From a virus (taxonomy: Duplodnaviria > Caudoviricetes): a stretch of DNA of 25,846 nucleotides. A program made the translations under genes and the position numbers. A model generated the notes under the pieces. The model ran no database searches. It saw only the letters and a program-made list of their open reading frames with translations, and was not told the DNA's origin. Positions within the stretch are counted from its first letter, which is position 1, and every line of letters begins with the position of its first letter. This document shows, piece by piece, positions 9,601 through 16,968 of this stretch. The stretch spans positions 1 through 25,846 of IMG/VR virus record IMGVR_UViG_3300018073_000025; one strand, given 5' to 3'.

Positions 9601-11082
9601 TTGGGCGATATGGATTGGGATGAGATCTCACGAGGTCTTGTTGCCATGGCCGGTGCTCTTGGTATTATTGCTATTAGTTTGATGTTGATGACGGGTACTT
9701 TGTCCGGTTCTGCGGCTCTTTTGGTTGCCGCTGCAGCTTTGGCTGTTTTGACCCCAGTTCTTACTACTCTGGGCGATATGAAGTGGACTGAGATTCTACT
9801 GGGCCTTGGCGCTTTGGCTGGTCTATTCATAGTATTGGGCGTTGCTGGTGCTCTTCTTACTCCGGTTATTCCTACTCTGATAGGTCTTGGAATTGCCATT
9901 GCGCTTTTGGGTGTCGGTATGGTGCTTGCCGGTGCTGGTATATTGATGTTCTCGATTGGATTCAGCGCACTTGCAGCGGCACTTGATGCCGGAGTAGATA
10001 CCATTATTGATGCCGTCAAGGCACTTCTTGAACTAATTCCTTTCGCTATGGAGCAATTGGGACTAGGCATTATAGCATTTGCTGAGGTTATATCTACTGG
10101 TGGTCCGGCACTAACCAAGGCATTTGTGACTGTGTTGGAATCATTGTTGGATGCTGTCGTCAAGATAACGCCGCAGATCCTTAGTACCTTGCAGACATTG
10201 CTTGATCAATTCTTAGCATTCCTTGTTGAGAATGTGCCCAAGCTTGTCGCTGCTGGTGCAAATTTGATTACCAAGCTTCTGGAGGGTATGGCTGAGAAAT
10301 TACCAGGAATCATCACTGCAGCTACGGATCTCATTGTGGCATTCCTTAAGGGTATTGGCGATAACCTTCCACGAATCATCCAATCTGGTGTTGATCTTAT
10401 TCTTAAGTTTATTGAAGGCTTGTCTACTGCAATTGATAATAATTCGGATGAGTTGGGTGAAGCCGGTGCAGATCTAGCTCTTTCTATGATTAGTGGTTTG
10501 GCTAGTGGTCTTTGGGCTGGAGCCAGTAGGGTTAGAGATGCTGCCATAGGAGTGGCTAAAGATGCATTCAATGCTGCTATGGATTGGTTGCTTCCTGGTT
10601 CTCCTTCACGGAGATTTGCGCAAATTGGTGAATGTGCCAGTGCAGGTTTCGCTGTTGGGCTCGAGTCATTGACTCCTAAAGTAGCTGAATCCGCAGAGAA
10701 TGTCGGTAAAGAGGCTATATTTGCTTTGCAGAAATCTATATCAGGAATTGATGAACTTATAAAGAGCAGTAATATGGATTTGCAGCCTGTTATTACTCCT
10801 GTTCTAGATTTGTCAAATGTACGTAAGGGAGCAATACAAGCCAATTCAATCTTGGCTGCAAAACCTATGATTGTAGATACGACATATGCCGTGGCTAGAA
10901 GTGTCTCTGCGGGAGCGAAAGCACCAACCACTCTGCAAGCTACTTTGCAGGCTTCTGTTGCACCTACTGAAGTATTTTCGTTCAAACAATATAACACATC
11001 GCCTAAAGCCCTTTCTCCTGCAGAGATTTATCGCCAAACTAAGAATCAGTTGTCTGTCGCGAGAGGAGCTCTGAAGACTTAA
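6661..11082 (+). CDS. Tape measure protein
   Basis: ATG 6661 overlapping the previous stop. About 1470 aa, Ala/Gly/Leu-rich. N-terminal tape-measure domain (YNFSEMARNIGTFTAAG...AMYQLSQAL..G), hydrophobic repeats and C-terminal 'SPSRRF..IG'. Followed by Dit and hub genes. Confidence 0.92.
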   Translation: MSKVEERVVVMKFDNAQFERGIKATMDSLAALNKGLQLQGATKGIDDVSQAASKLSLQHISDSIDSVASRFTAMTAIAITAFATIVNKAVDAGIRMAKSFSVDPVAAGLKEYETNLNSIQTILSNTQWENKGLDDVNAALGELNTYSDQTIYNFSEMARNIGTFTAAGVGLEASTSAIKGIANLAAVSGSNAQQASTAMYQLSQALATGKVSLMDWNSVVNAGMGGKVFQDAIKETARVHGVAIDDIIADSGSFRDSLQEGWLTSDILTETLSKFTGDLNEQQLKTMGYNDEQIAGILKMGQTAKDAATKVKTFGQLVGTLQEAAGSGWAKTWELLIGDFDEAKELWTNVNNVVGGFITRSAEARNKVLGDWKELGGRTVLIEGIGNVFKALGQVIAPIKEAFRDIFPAQTGQSLYDLTVKFRDFTEKLKIGSETAEKIGRTFKGVFAIFGIGWMVIKELAGTLFGLFGTVTEGSGSFLDITAKVGDFLVRVHDAIKSGEGLHSFFEGLGKVVAIPIQAIKELWQWIKALFDGIEGAKTGGLDRISDRFGQLTEVGSALGKVWDKVSGFFKSAYQAISPLVDIIGEFFSQFGSSLADAFSGDNFSLALDALNTGLLAGALLLLKKFVTNGFKFDVGGGFFGSIKKSFEGLTGVFSAMQMQLKADALLKIGGAIALITLSVVALSLIDSDKLTKAITALSVLFVQLLAAMTIMEKVSSSKGFAKMPVVAAALILFAIAIDLLTIAVGKLAKLDWDELAKGLIGVTILIGLLIVATKEMDKNASGMIRSSVALILLAVAINILVMAVDKLGDMDWDKLVKGLVGVGALLLELGLFTRFSQADKGGISSGAGLLLLAAGIYILAMAMEKIADLSWEDIAKGLVVTAIGLGAMAGALKLIPPGSVLSAAAILITAAALEIIADVMDKMGDYDWEKIARGLVAMAGSLTAISIALGLLPPGSVLSAAAIFIAAAALEIVADVMDKLGDMDWDEISRGLVAMAGALGIIAISLMLMTGTLSGSAALLVAAAALAVLTPVLTTLGDMKWTEILLGLGALAGLFIVLGVAGALLTPVIPTLIGLGIAIALLGVGMVLAGAGILMFSIGFSALAAALDAGVDTIIDAVKALLELIPFAMEQLGLGIIAFAEVISTGGPALTKAFVTVLESLLDAVVKITPQILSTLQTLLDQFLAFLVENVPKLVAAGANLITKLLEGMAEKLPGIITAATDLIVAFLKGIGDNLPRIIQSGVDLILKFIEGLSTAIDNNSDELGEAGADLALSMISGLASGLWAGASRVRDAAIGVAKDAFNAAMDWLLPGSPSRRFAQIGECASAGFAVGLESLTPKVAESAENVGKEAIFALQKSISGIDELIKSSNMDLQPVITPVLDLSNVRKGAIQANSILAAKPMIVDTTYAVARSVSAGAKAPTTLQATLQASVAPTEVFSFKQYNTSPKALSPAEIYRQTKNQLSVARGALKT
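9349..9660 (+). repeat. 171-bp (57-aa) period tandem duplication within the tape measure gene
   Basis: PPGSVLSAAAI...ALEI.ADVMDK.GD.DW..I.RGLVAMAG occurs twice, starting at 9349 and 9520. 9391-9429 and 9562-9600 differ at one of 39 nt. Confidence 0.85.
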
Positions 11083-11921
11083 TGTTGACAAGAGTTGAAG
11101 TTTATACTCTTCAGGGTTCTCAACTCAATTTAGAACTCCGATATCCTACGGACGGGATTGCCCTGGCTGAGATCGAAGGACTTGATCCGGTCAAGGCAAT
11201 TCTTGTATCTTCTAGTTTCGCTCAAATGGATGGACAACAGTACCATACAAGCAGACGAGACTTTCGTAACATCAAACTGAAATTTGTTCTCGATCCGGAT
11301 TATATTAACACCTCGGTTCGAGACGTTCGTACAAGATTGTATGAATATTTTATGCCGAAACAATCCGTTCGTCTACGTTTTTTTATGAGTGACGGTCTAA
11401 CCGTAGATATTAACGGAAGAGTAGAAACGTTTGAAACTCTATTTTTTAGTAAAGAACCCGAAGTCTATGTATCGATCGTTTGCTTTGATCCCGACTTCTT
11501 CATCCCAACCCCGATCGTTTTGAATGATTCAACTGTACATACAACCAATGAGATACCTATAACATATTCAGGAACGGTTGAAACTGGTTTTGTGTTTGAA
11601 CTATACATCGATCGTACTGTTCATGAGCTTTCGCTATATTTACGTTCTCCTGACGGATTAGTCAATTCTATGGATATTTCGGGCGACAAGGGTGGCAATA
11701 ACGGATTTTTGGCTGGAGACACGTTGACGATTAGTACCATTGTGGGAGCTAAATCTATAACGCTCCTCAGATCTAATGCGACGTCTTCGTTTCTGTATGG
11801 TTTAAGTGCACAGTCAGCTTGGTTAGAACTTGTTCCGGGTACAAATTATTTCAGAGCTCATATTTCAGGAGCATCAATCCCATACGCAATAACATACACT
11901 ACAAAGTATGGGGGTTTGTGA
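11082..11921 (+). CDS. Distal tail protein (Dit-like minor tail protein)
   Basis: First gene after the tape measure (TAATG overlap), 279 aa. 'IEGLDPVKA', 'DG..Y...RR..RNI', 'C.DP.F', 'WLEL.PG.N.F' are Dit-like. Confidence 0.75.
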   Translation: MLTRVEVYTLQGSQLNLELRYPTDGIALAEIEGLDPVKAILVSSSFAQMDGQQYHTSRRDFRNIKLKFVLDPDYINTSVRDVRTRLYEYFMPKQSVRLRFFMSDGLTVDINGRVETFETLFFSKEPEVYVSIVCFDPDFFIPTPIVLNDSTVHTTNEIPITYSGTVETGFVFELYIDRTVHELSLYLRSPDGLVNSMDISGDKGGNNGFLAGDTLTISTIVGAKSITLLRSNATSSFLYGLSAQSAWLELVPGTNYFRAHISGASIPYAITYTTKYGGL

Positions 11922-13087
11922 TGGAAGTTTATGTCTTGGATGATCGGTTTCGAAGAGAAACTGTTGTTGATAAGTTTGAATCACTCATCTGGACAGAACG
12001 TCTATCTGCTTGGGGAGATTTCCAATTAATTTTGTATTCTAACTCCTCGAATCGTAAACTGTTCCAAATAGGTAAACGATTGGCTATGAACGAATCATAT
12101 CGTGTGATGGTTATTGAGACGGTTGAAGATAAAACCGATTCTGAAGGTAAATCCAATCTTATCGTCAAAGGTCGTTCCCTCGAGGCAATTCTTGATGATC
12201 GATTGGCTGCTGCTGATATTTCAGTTACGCCTGAACCTGGCCGATGGATTTTAATTGGCACAGCAACAGAGATTGCTAGAAAAGTCTTTCATGATATTTG
12301 TATTGAAGGAATTCTTTCTACAGATGATATCCTTCCCATCATTGAAGGAAGCATATTCCCACAAAGTACCGTTTCAGAGCCTACTGAGATTCTTACAATA
12401 TTTGCTGAACCGAGAAGTGTTTACTTAGGAATAAAAGATCTGTGTGAAATTTATAATATGGGTTTCCGTATTCTTAGAGATTTAGATACATCGAACCTAT
12501 ATTTTGATGTGTACATGGGAAATGATAGAACAAGCCGACAGAGTGTCCATCCTGCTGTTATATTTAGTCCAGATCTCGAAAATTTGAAAAATACGACCGA
12601 ATTTAAAACAATTGAGAATTACAAAAATGTAGCTTATGTCTATGGTCCTACAGCAACAGCAATATACATCCCAGTTAATGTCGATCCTGATATTTCTGGA
12701 TTTGATAGAAAGATTCTCTATGTTCGAGCAGATGATATCGATGATCCAGATCCTGAGGTTGCCGAACTTCTGCTTCTTTTTCGTGGACGAGGTCAATTAG
12801 GTAATTTTCAAGTATTTGCCGGATATGACGGGGAATTGAATCGTAACATCGAGTATAAGTACGATATTGATTATTTTTTGGGTGATCTCGTTGAGATGCA
12901 GAGCTTGGATGGTTCCATATCTATCCTACAAGTTACTGAACAAATATTTGTATCTGATGCAGAAGGAGAACGGACATATCCAACTCTAAGTCTCAATCAA
13001 TTCATCATGCAAGGTACCTGGTTGGCTTGGGATTATGATGAAGAATGGTCCGACATGACCGATGAAGAATGGGAAGATGTGCCTTAG
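11921..13087 (+). CDS. Minor tail / baseplate hub protein (ReqiPepy6 Gp37-like)
   Basis: TGATG overlap. 'VDKFESLIWTER...GDFQL', 'GRSLEAILD.R', 'Y..DYFLGDLV' recalled as Gp37-like family motifs. Follows Dit. Confidence 0.75.
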   Translation: MEVYVLDDRFRRETVVDKFESLIWTERLSAWGDFQLILYSNSSNRKLFQIGKRLAMNESYRVMVIETVEDKTDSEGKSNLIVKGRSLEAILDDRLAAADISVTPEPGRWILIGTATEIARKVFHDICIEGILSTDDILPIIEGSIFPQSTVSEPTEILTIFAEPRSVYLGIKDLCEIYNMGFRILRDLDTSNLYFDVYMGNDRTSRQSVHPAVIFSPDLENLKNTTEFKTIENYKNVAYVYGPTATAIYIPVNVDPDISGFDRKILYVRADDIDDPDPEVAELLLLFRGRGQLGNFQVFAGYDGELNRNIEYKYDIDYFLGDLVEMQSLDGSISILQVTEQIFVSDAEGERTYPTLSLNQFIMQGTWLAWDYDEEWSDMTDEEWEDVP

Positions 13088-13102
13088 CGAAGGAGGTGTG
13101 AA

Positions 13103-13336
13103 ATGGCCGTTGGTGATGATGCAGTAGAAGCTGGATATCCCATTGTCCCTGATTCGGGAGAAGAGGGGCGAGTTCGCTGGGGAGCACGTGAAATTAATCG
13201 TACTCGAGATTTTATTGCTCAGTTACTTATTCCAAAAGGAAAAGCAGGATATCGATCAGCATCTGGAATTAGTTCAGGGAGTACTGATCCCACTGGTGGT
13301 AGTAATGGCGATATCTACTTCAAAATTGTGGAGTAG
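13103..13336 (+). CDS. Small minor tail protein
   Basis: AAGGAGGT RBS, 77 aa. Ends in 'SG...PTGGSNGDIYFK', a motif common in tail fibre proteins. Confidence 0.6.
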   Translation: MAVGDDAVEAGYPIVPDSGEEGRVRWGAREINRTRDFIAQLLIPKGKAGYRSASGISSGSTDPTGGSNGDIYFKIVE

Positions 13337-13338
13337 AT

Positions 13339-14337
13339 ATGGTTGATTATACAAAAACCCTTGGTGAGTGGGGCACTTCAGTAATGATGCTTCGAGATAC
13401 TGGTACAATTGCTGAATTCTGGCTTAAATCTGGGCCTTTAACCAGATGTTATAACATTCCGTGGGGATATACTGCTAATGGCACGACGAATCATAATTTA
13501 AGGTTTGATTATCCTGTACCTGAGGTTTGGCGTCGTATAGGAATGCTTAACATTGTTGGTTCTCAAAATGTTAATTTCTGGATAGGTGAAACATACACCA
13601 GAGGATTTGATGGACCAGCAAGTCTTAGCGGTTATTTTCAAAGATCAACAGTACCACCAAAACCAATAAATCTGAGAGTTATCAATATAACGAATACTAC
13701 CTGTAGCACTCAATTCTCGAGTGGAGGTAGTGGTGGGGCTACAGTTGATCAATGGCAGATGACCTATAACACCAACTCAGTTGGTGGACGACCTGAATGG
13801 ACCTACTTCTCGAATGGTACAAACAATCTAACAGGATTGACACCAGGACAAGCATATTGGTTCTGGGCTCGAGGACATAATGTTCACGGGTGGGGTCCTT
13901 GGGCTGGACCTTTCGGTTGGACACAACTGAGGGTACCTTTTCCTCCATCAGCAGCTATTATATCTGACGTCACACAAGATACTGCAACAGCATCTTGGAC
14001 ACCCAATGGAACTGGTGGATCTCCTATTACTAATTATGAGTTGCATTATCGAACAACCTTACAGGACGAAGATAATACAACAATTCTCTCTGGTAATCCA
14101 CCTAAGAATTTGATTAGGTTAACACCAGGAGTTCCTTATCATTTCTGGACGAGAGCACAAAACATCTATGGTTGGAGTGCTTTTACGGGTCCTGTCACTG
14201 TAAAAATGATTGCTGGAGCTTTAATCAAGGAAGAAGCCGTATACAAGGCTGCAGTTCCTTATATTAAGGTTGATGATGTCTGGAAACTGGCCCGTCCGTG
14301 GATTAAATCAAACAAAGACTGGAAAGAATCACAGTAG
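13339..14337 (+). CDS. Minor tail protein with two fibronectin type III domains
   Basis: Two FN3-like units: 'P.P.NL.V..IT...GG..V..W...GLTPG..Y.FWARG.N..GWGPW' and 'P.A..IS.VT...SW....GGSPITNY...LTPG..Y.FWTRA.N..GWS.F'. Confidence 0.75.
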   Translation: MVDYTKTLGEWGTSVMMLRDTGTIAEFWLKSGPLTRCYNIPWGYTANGTTNHNLRFDYPVPEVWRRIGMLNIVGSQNVNFWIGETYTRGFDGPASLSGYFQRSTVPPKPINLRVINITNTTCSTQFSSGGSGGATVDQWQMTYNTNSVGGRPEWTYFSNGTNNLTGLTPGQAYWFWARGHNVHGWGPWAGPFGWTQLRVPFPPSAAIISDVTQDTATASWTPNGTGGSPITNYELHYRTTLQDEDNTTILSGNPPKNLIRLTPGVPYHFWTRAQNIYGWSAFTGPVTVKMIAGALIKEEAVYKAAVPYIKVDDVWKLARPWIKSNKDWKESQ

Positions 14338-14345
14338 GAGAGAAC

Positions 14346-14672
14346 ATGAGTGATAAAACGTATAATTTTCTCAAGTTTTTGGCGATCGTAGTTCTTCCTG
14401 GTCTTGGAACGTTATATTTTGTCATTGCTCAGATCTGGGATCTGTCAAATGGGCAACAGGTAATCGGTACAATTGCTGCTATAAACGTATTTTTAGGAGC
14501 AATCCTTGAGTTCTCTAGTCATTCTTATTATAAGAGTGATGATCGCTTTGATGGGAGTCTGGATGTCGTACAGAAAGACCCCCTTACACAGACATATTCG
14601 CTCAATTTGAACTCCGATCCGCAAGATCTGATTGGTAAGAACGAAGTCATATTCAAGGTAAATCCTCAATAG
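14346..14672 (+). CDS. Holin (Dp-1-like) with soluble C-terminal extension
   Basis: AGGAG RBS. Two hydrophobic helices; 'MSDKTYN.LK.LA..VLP.LGTLY......W....Q.IGTI.AI..FLG' matches the Dp-1 holin pattern. Located at the end of the tail module. Confidence 0.75.
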   Translation: MSDKTYNFLKFLAIVVLPGLGTLYFVIAQIWDLSNGQQVIGTIAAINVFLGAILEFSSHSYYKSDDRFDGSLDVVQKDPLTQTYSLNLNSDPQDLIGKNEVIFKVNPQ

Positions 14673-14676
14673 GTTT

Positions 14677-14705
14677 TCGCGGGCTATACAGGGCCTATAA
14701 TGAGA
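14677..14705 (+). promoter_or_regulatory. Conserved motif copy 1 (putative phage promoter)
   Basis: TCGC-GGGCTA-TACA-GGGCC-TATAAT-GAGA, followed by CCCTATTGAGAGGAA and ATG 14725. Confidence 0.75.
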
Positions 14706-14724
14706 CCCTATTGAGAGGAACAAC

Positions 14725-15009
14725 ATGCTTATTCGAAGAACTGAGCACGAAACAGGACTTGAGAAGGCCATTAACGACATTCTAGTTCAAATGTCCACTA
14801 CATCACCAGATAACAAAGAGTATTCTGCAATGTGTGACCAGCTGGTTAAGCTATATGAGCTGAAGAAGATTGATCTTCCTCCGCAAGTAAGCCCAGATAC
14901 GCTGGTGATCGTTGCAGGAAACCTCCTTGGAATCTTGCTGATTGTGAACTATGAGAAGATGGAGATTCTGACCTCGAAAGCCCTAAGTTTGGTGCTGAGA
15001 CTACGGTAA
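14725..15009 (+). CDS. Hypothetical protein with C-terminal hydrophobic segment (cassette gene)
   Basis: GAGAGGA RBS, 94 aa, hydrophobic 'LVIVAGNLLGILLIV'. Flanked by the motif and a terminator. Confidence 0.8.
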   Translation: MLIRRTEHETGLEKAINDILVQMSTTSPDNKEYSAMCDQLVKLYELKKIDLPPQVSPDTLVIVAGNLLGILLIVNYEKMEILTSKALSLVLRLR

Positions 15010-15033
15010 CAGTTGACCATTAACAGGCGAGAC

Positions 15034-15083
15034 GGAAGAGGCGTGTAGAAAGTAAGTAAAATCTATACGCCTTTTCTTTTTTT
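15034..15083 (+). terminator. Rho-independent terminator
   Basis: GAAGAGGCGTGTAGA / TCTATACGCCTTTTC stem (with G-U pairs) followed by T7. Confidence 0.8.
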
Positions 15084-15130
15084 CATCTCAAAAATTCCCC
15101 GGGGGTAGATCCTGAAAAACTATTTTTTAC

Positions 15131-15159
15131 TCGCGAAAATTACATAGCCTATAATGAGA
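15131..15159 (+). promoter_or_regulatory. Conserved motif copy 2
   Basis: TCGC-GAAAAT-TACA-TAGCC-TATAAT-GAGA. Confidence 0.75.
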
Positions 15160-15290
15160 AGAGCTCCGAAAGGAGATTGAGACACTAATGTCCAGGTTCG
15201 AGTCCTGGCCAATGTGCTGTCACGGAATGAACAGACAGTTAACGAGTGAATTTTAGTTGGATTCACTACCTCTTCTCTTTTTTTGTTTTT
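15156..15290 (+). ncRNA. Candidate structured small RNA, unit 1 (contains a tRNA T-arm-like hairpin)
   Basis: No + strand ORF with RBS. GAGAAGAG(15156-63)/CTCTTCTC(15270-77) closing stem then T-tract. Internal hairpins: CTCC-GAAA-GGAG, GACA-CTAA-TGTC, CCAGG-TTCGAGT-CCTGG, CTGTC..GACAG, AGTGAAT..ATTCACT. Confidence 0.55.
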
Positions 15291-15319
15291 TCGCAAAAAC
15301 TACATAGCATATAATGAGA
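15291..15319 (+). promoter_or_regulatory. Conserved motif copy 3
   Basis: TCGC-AAAAAC-TACA-TAGCA-TATAAT-GAGA, 160 bp after copy 2. Confidence 0.75.
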
Positions 15320-15450
15320 AGAGAAATCGCCATACCAAATAAGGACGATTGAAAAGCCGGTAACCCCGTAATAGATTTATGATAGCCAGTATTCGAAAGA
15401 ATACGTAGCAGAACACAAATGGATTCGGCTAAAACTCTTCTTCTATTTTT
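15316..15450 (+). ncRNA. Candidate structured small RNA, unit 2
   Basis: AGAAGAG(15317-23)/CTCTTCT(15435-41) closing stem then T-tract. Internal AATCG..CGATT, AGCCG..CGGCT and GTATTC-GAAA-GAATAC (15389-15404). Confidence 0.5.
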
Positions 15451-15479
15451 TCGCGAGAAATACATGGCCTATAATGAGA
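15451..15479 (+). promoter_or_regulatory. Conserved motif copy 4
   Basis: TCGC-GAGAAA-TACA-TGGCC-TATAAT-GAGA, 160 bp after copy 3. Confidence 0.75.
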
Positions 15480-15528
15480 AGAATGCTCCTAGAGCGACCA
15501 TCAATCCAGATGGTTCTTCTTTTTTTTT
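15476..15528 (+). ncRNA. Candidate short structured RNA or attenuator, unit 3
   Basis: AGAAGA/TCTTCT closing stem enclosing GCTC-CTA-GAGC and ACCATC-AATCCA-GATGGT, ending in T9. Confidence 0.45.
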
Positions 15529-15555
15529 GTCCATTCCAAATGTGAGGAGATCCGA

Positions 15556-15669
15556 ATGAATTCTAAAGAGTATGGATTTTTAAATTTTCTAGGTGATGTG
15601 TTTATGATCTGCCTTACCTGTGGTTTTTGGTTGGTCTGGATATTCGTCAGGGAGATGCGGCGCCGATGA
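15556..15669 (+). CDS. Small membrane protein (37 aa; absent from the ORF track)
   Basis: GAGGAG RBS. MNSKEYGFLNFLGDVFMICLTCGFWLVWIFVREMRRR*. ATGA-coupled to the next gene. Confidence 0.75.
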   Translation: MNSKEYGFLNFLGDVFMICLTCGFWLVWIFVREMRRR

Positions 15670-16442
15670 TTTCAACTGATTTTTCCTCCAGGATTCAAAA
15701 ATTTATCTCAGACAACGCACCTACAATTCTGACTACTGTGGGTGTTACAGGAACTTTGGTAACGGCATATCTTGCTGGGAAAGCGTCATTCCGTGCAGCT
15801 GAGCTCATTGCTAGAGAAGAGGAGATTCTCCAACGTTCCCCATTTGATCGACCCGTTTTTAAGCTACAGGATAAGATTAAGCTTGTTTGGACTCTTTATA
15901 TTCCGGCGGCCACAACGAGTGTTACGACGATTGTCAGTATCATTGCTGCTAACCGGGTTAGTGATAAACGCGCGGCTGCGATGGCTGCGGCATTCACTAT
16001 ATCCGATCGCGCTTTTACTGAATACAAAGAAAAGGTGTTTGATAGACTTGGCAAGGGTAAGGAACAGAACATTCGAGATGAGATTGCACAAGATCGTGTC
16101 AATAAAGACCCACCGCACGAGAGCTCAGTCATCATTACAGGGTCGGGGGAGGTTCTTTGCTACGAGTTATTTACAGGAAGATACTTCAAAAGTACCATGG
16201 AAAACATAAAGAAAGCGCAAAACGATATAAATCATCGGATTCTGACTGGTTCTTCAGCCTCTTTAAGTGAATTCTACAATTTGATGGATCTTCCAACAAC
16301 AGCACAGTCTGATGAAGTGGGATGGAACTTAGACAGATTGCTCGAATTGAGATTCTCATCGGTTCTTACTGATGATGGCAGACCCTGTCTCTCAATCGAC
16401 TACAGCGTTGTCCCAATCAGAAGTTATTGGAAGATTGGGTAG
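15666..16442 (+). CDS. DUF6353-like phage protein, paralogue A
   Basis: ATG 15666. 'NAPTILT..GV.G...TAYLA.KA', 'LYIPAA', 'AA..ISDRAF.EYKEKV', 'SLSEFY..MDL......VGW'. Similar along its length to 19104..19991. Family name from recall. Confidence 0.7.
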   Translation: MISTDFSSRIQKFISDNAPTILTTVGVTGTLVTAYLAGKASFRAAELIAREEEILQRSPFDRPVFKLQDKIKLVWTLYIPAATTSVTTIVSIIAANRVSDKRAAAMAAAFTISDRAFTEYKEKVFDRLGKGKEQNIRDEIAQDRVNKDPPHESSVIITGSGEVLCYELFTGRYFKSTMENIKKAQNDINHRILTGSSASLSEFYNLMDLPTTAQSDEVGWNLDRLLELRFSSVLTDDGRPCLSIDYSVVPIRSYWKIG

Positions 16443-16447
16443 GTTTC

Positions 16448-16696
16448 ATGATCGACTACGAGGCGATGATTGTCAGATTGGCCGAGGCGCAGATAGAACG
16501 TAAGCGAGTGCAGAGGCTGCTGGAGGAAGTAAAAGATTGGATGAAGGCGAAGGAGGATCACCAGTGGGTCGAAGACTGGTCCCGACGACAACTCCGATAT
16601 GCGAGCGAACAGACCATTCTCGGCCAAATCGAGTTGCATGTACATCGGTATCCTGACTGCCCGGACTGCACCCTTAGTGAAGGATTGGATAAGTAA
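16448..16696 (+). CDS. Hypothetical protein
   Basis: ATG 16448, 82 aa, fills the gap between neighbours. C-terminal HxHxxxxCxxC. Confidence 0.6.
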   Translation: MIDYEAMIVRLAEAQIERKRVQRLLEEVKDWMKAKEDHQWVEDWSRRQLRYASEQTILGQIELHVHRYPDCPDCTLSEGLDK

Positions 16697-16701
16697 TAAT
16701 T

Positions 16702-16968
16702 ATGAGTAAGCTTGTTGATCGTGTTAGGACGTATAAAGTTGCCAATGATGTCACTGATCATGTCGAACAGCATAAGACGCTATATTCTAGCCTTGCAACA
16801 GGCGTTGGGTTTGCAATAATTACATATGTTATAATGAGAGCCAGACCACAACTTGGCAATTTTGTCATCGGCGACACTACCAACGGTGCTATTGTATGCA
16901 TTATTGGAGAAAAGGCCGTGTTGTCAAATGTGTCTTTCGTTTCTCCGCAAGGAGTCCCGTCGGCGTAG
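16702..16968 (+). CDS. Hypothetical membrane protein overlapping motif copy 5
   Basis: 88 aa with hydrophobic 'LATGVGFAIITYVIM'. Tight spacing after the previous stop. The 3' half may be non-coding in origin. Confidence 0.55.
   Translation: MSKLVDRVRTYKVANDVTDHVEQHKTLYSSLATGVGFAIITYVIMRARPQLGNFVIGDTTNGAIVCIIGEKAVLSNVSFVSPQGVPSA
16811..16839 (+). promoter_or_regulatory. Conserved motif copy 5 (intragenic, one mismatch in the first box)
   Basis: TTGC-AATAAT-TACA-TATGT-TATAAT-GAGA, with the same spacing as the other copies. Confidence 0.6.

Noticed and set aside
8382-10997. Long minus-strand ORFs (243, 241 and 263 aa)
   Set aside because: They are antisense shadows of the repetitive tape measure gene with no recognisable motifs, and all credible genes are on the + strand.
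4269-14337. Diversity-generating retroelement targeting tail genes
   Set aside because: No reverse transcriptase and no TR/VR pair differing at adenines was visible in the window.
15160-15235. Complete tRNA gene
   Set aside because: Only a T-arm is present. No D-arm, anticodon arm or 7-bp acceptor stem can be built at canonical spacing.
15253-15465. 70-aa minus-strand ORF across the array
   Set aside because: Non-ATG start, no clear RBS, opposite to all other genes, and it runs through T-tracts and motif copies.
15131-15528. CRISPR array
   Set aside because: The repeats are degenerate and promoter-like, the roughly 130-bp intervals are far longer than spacers and internally structured, and no cas genes are visible.
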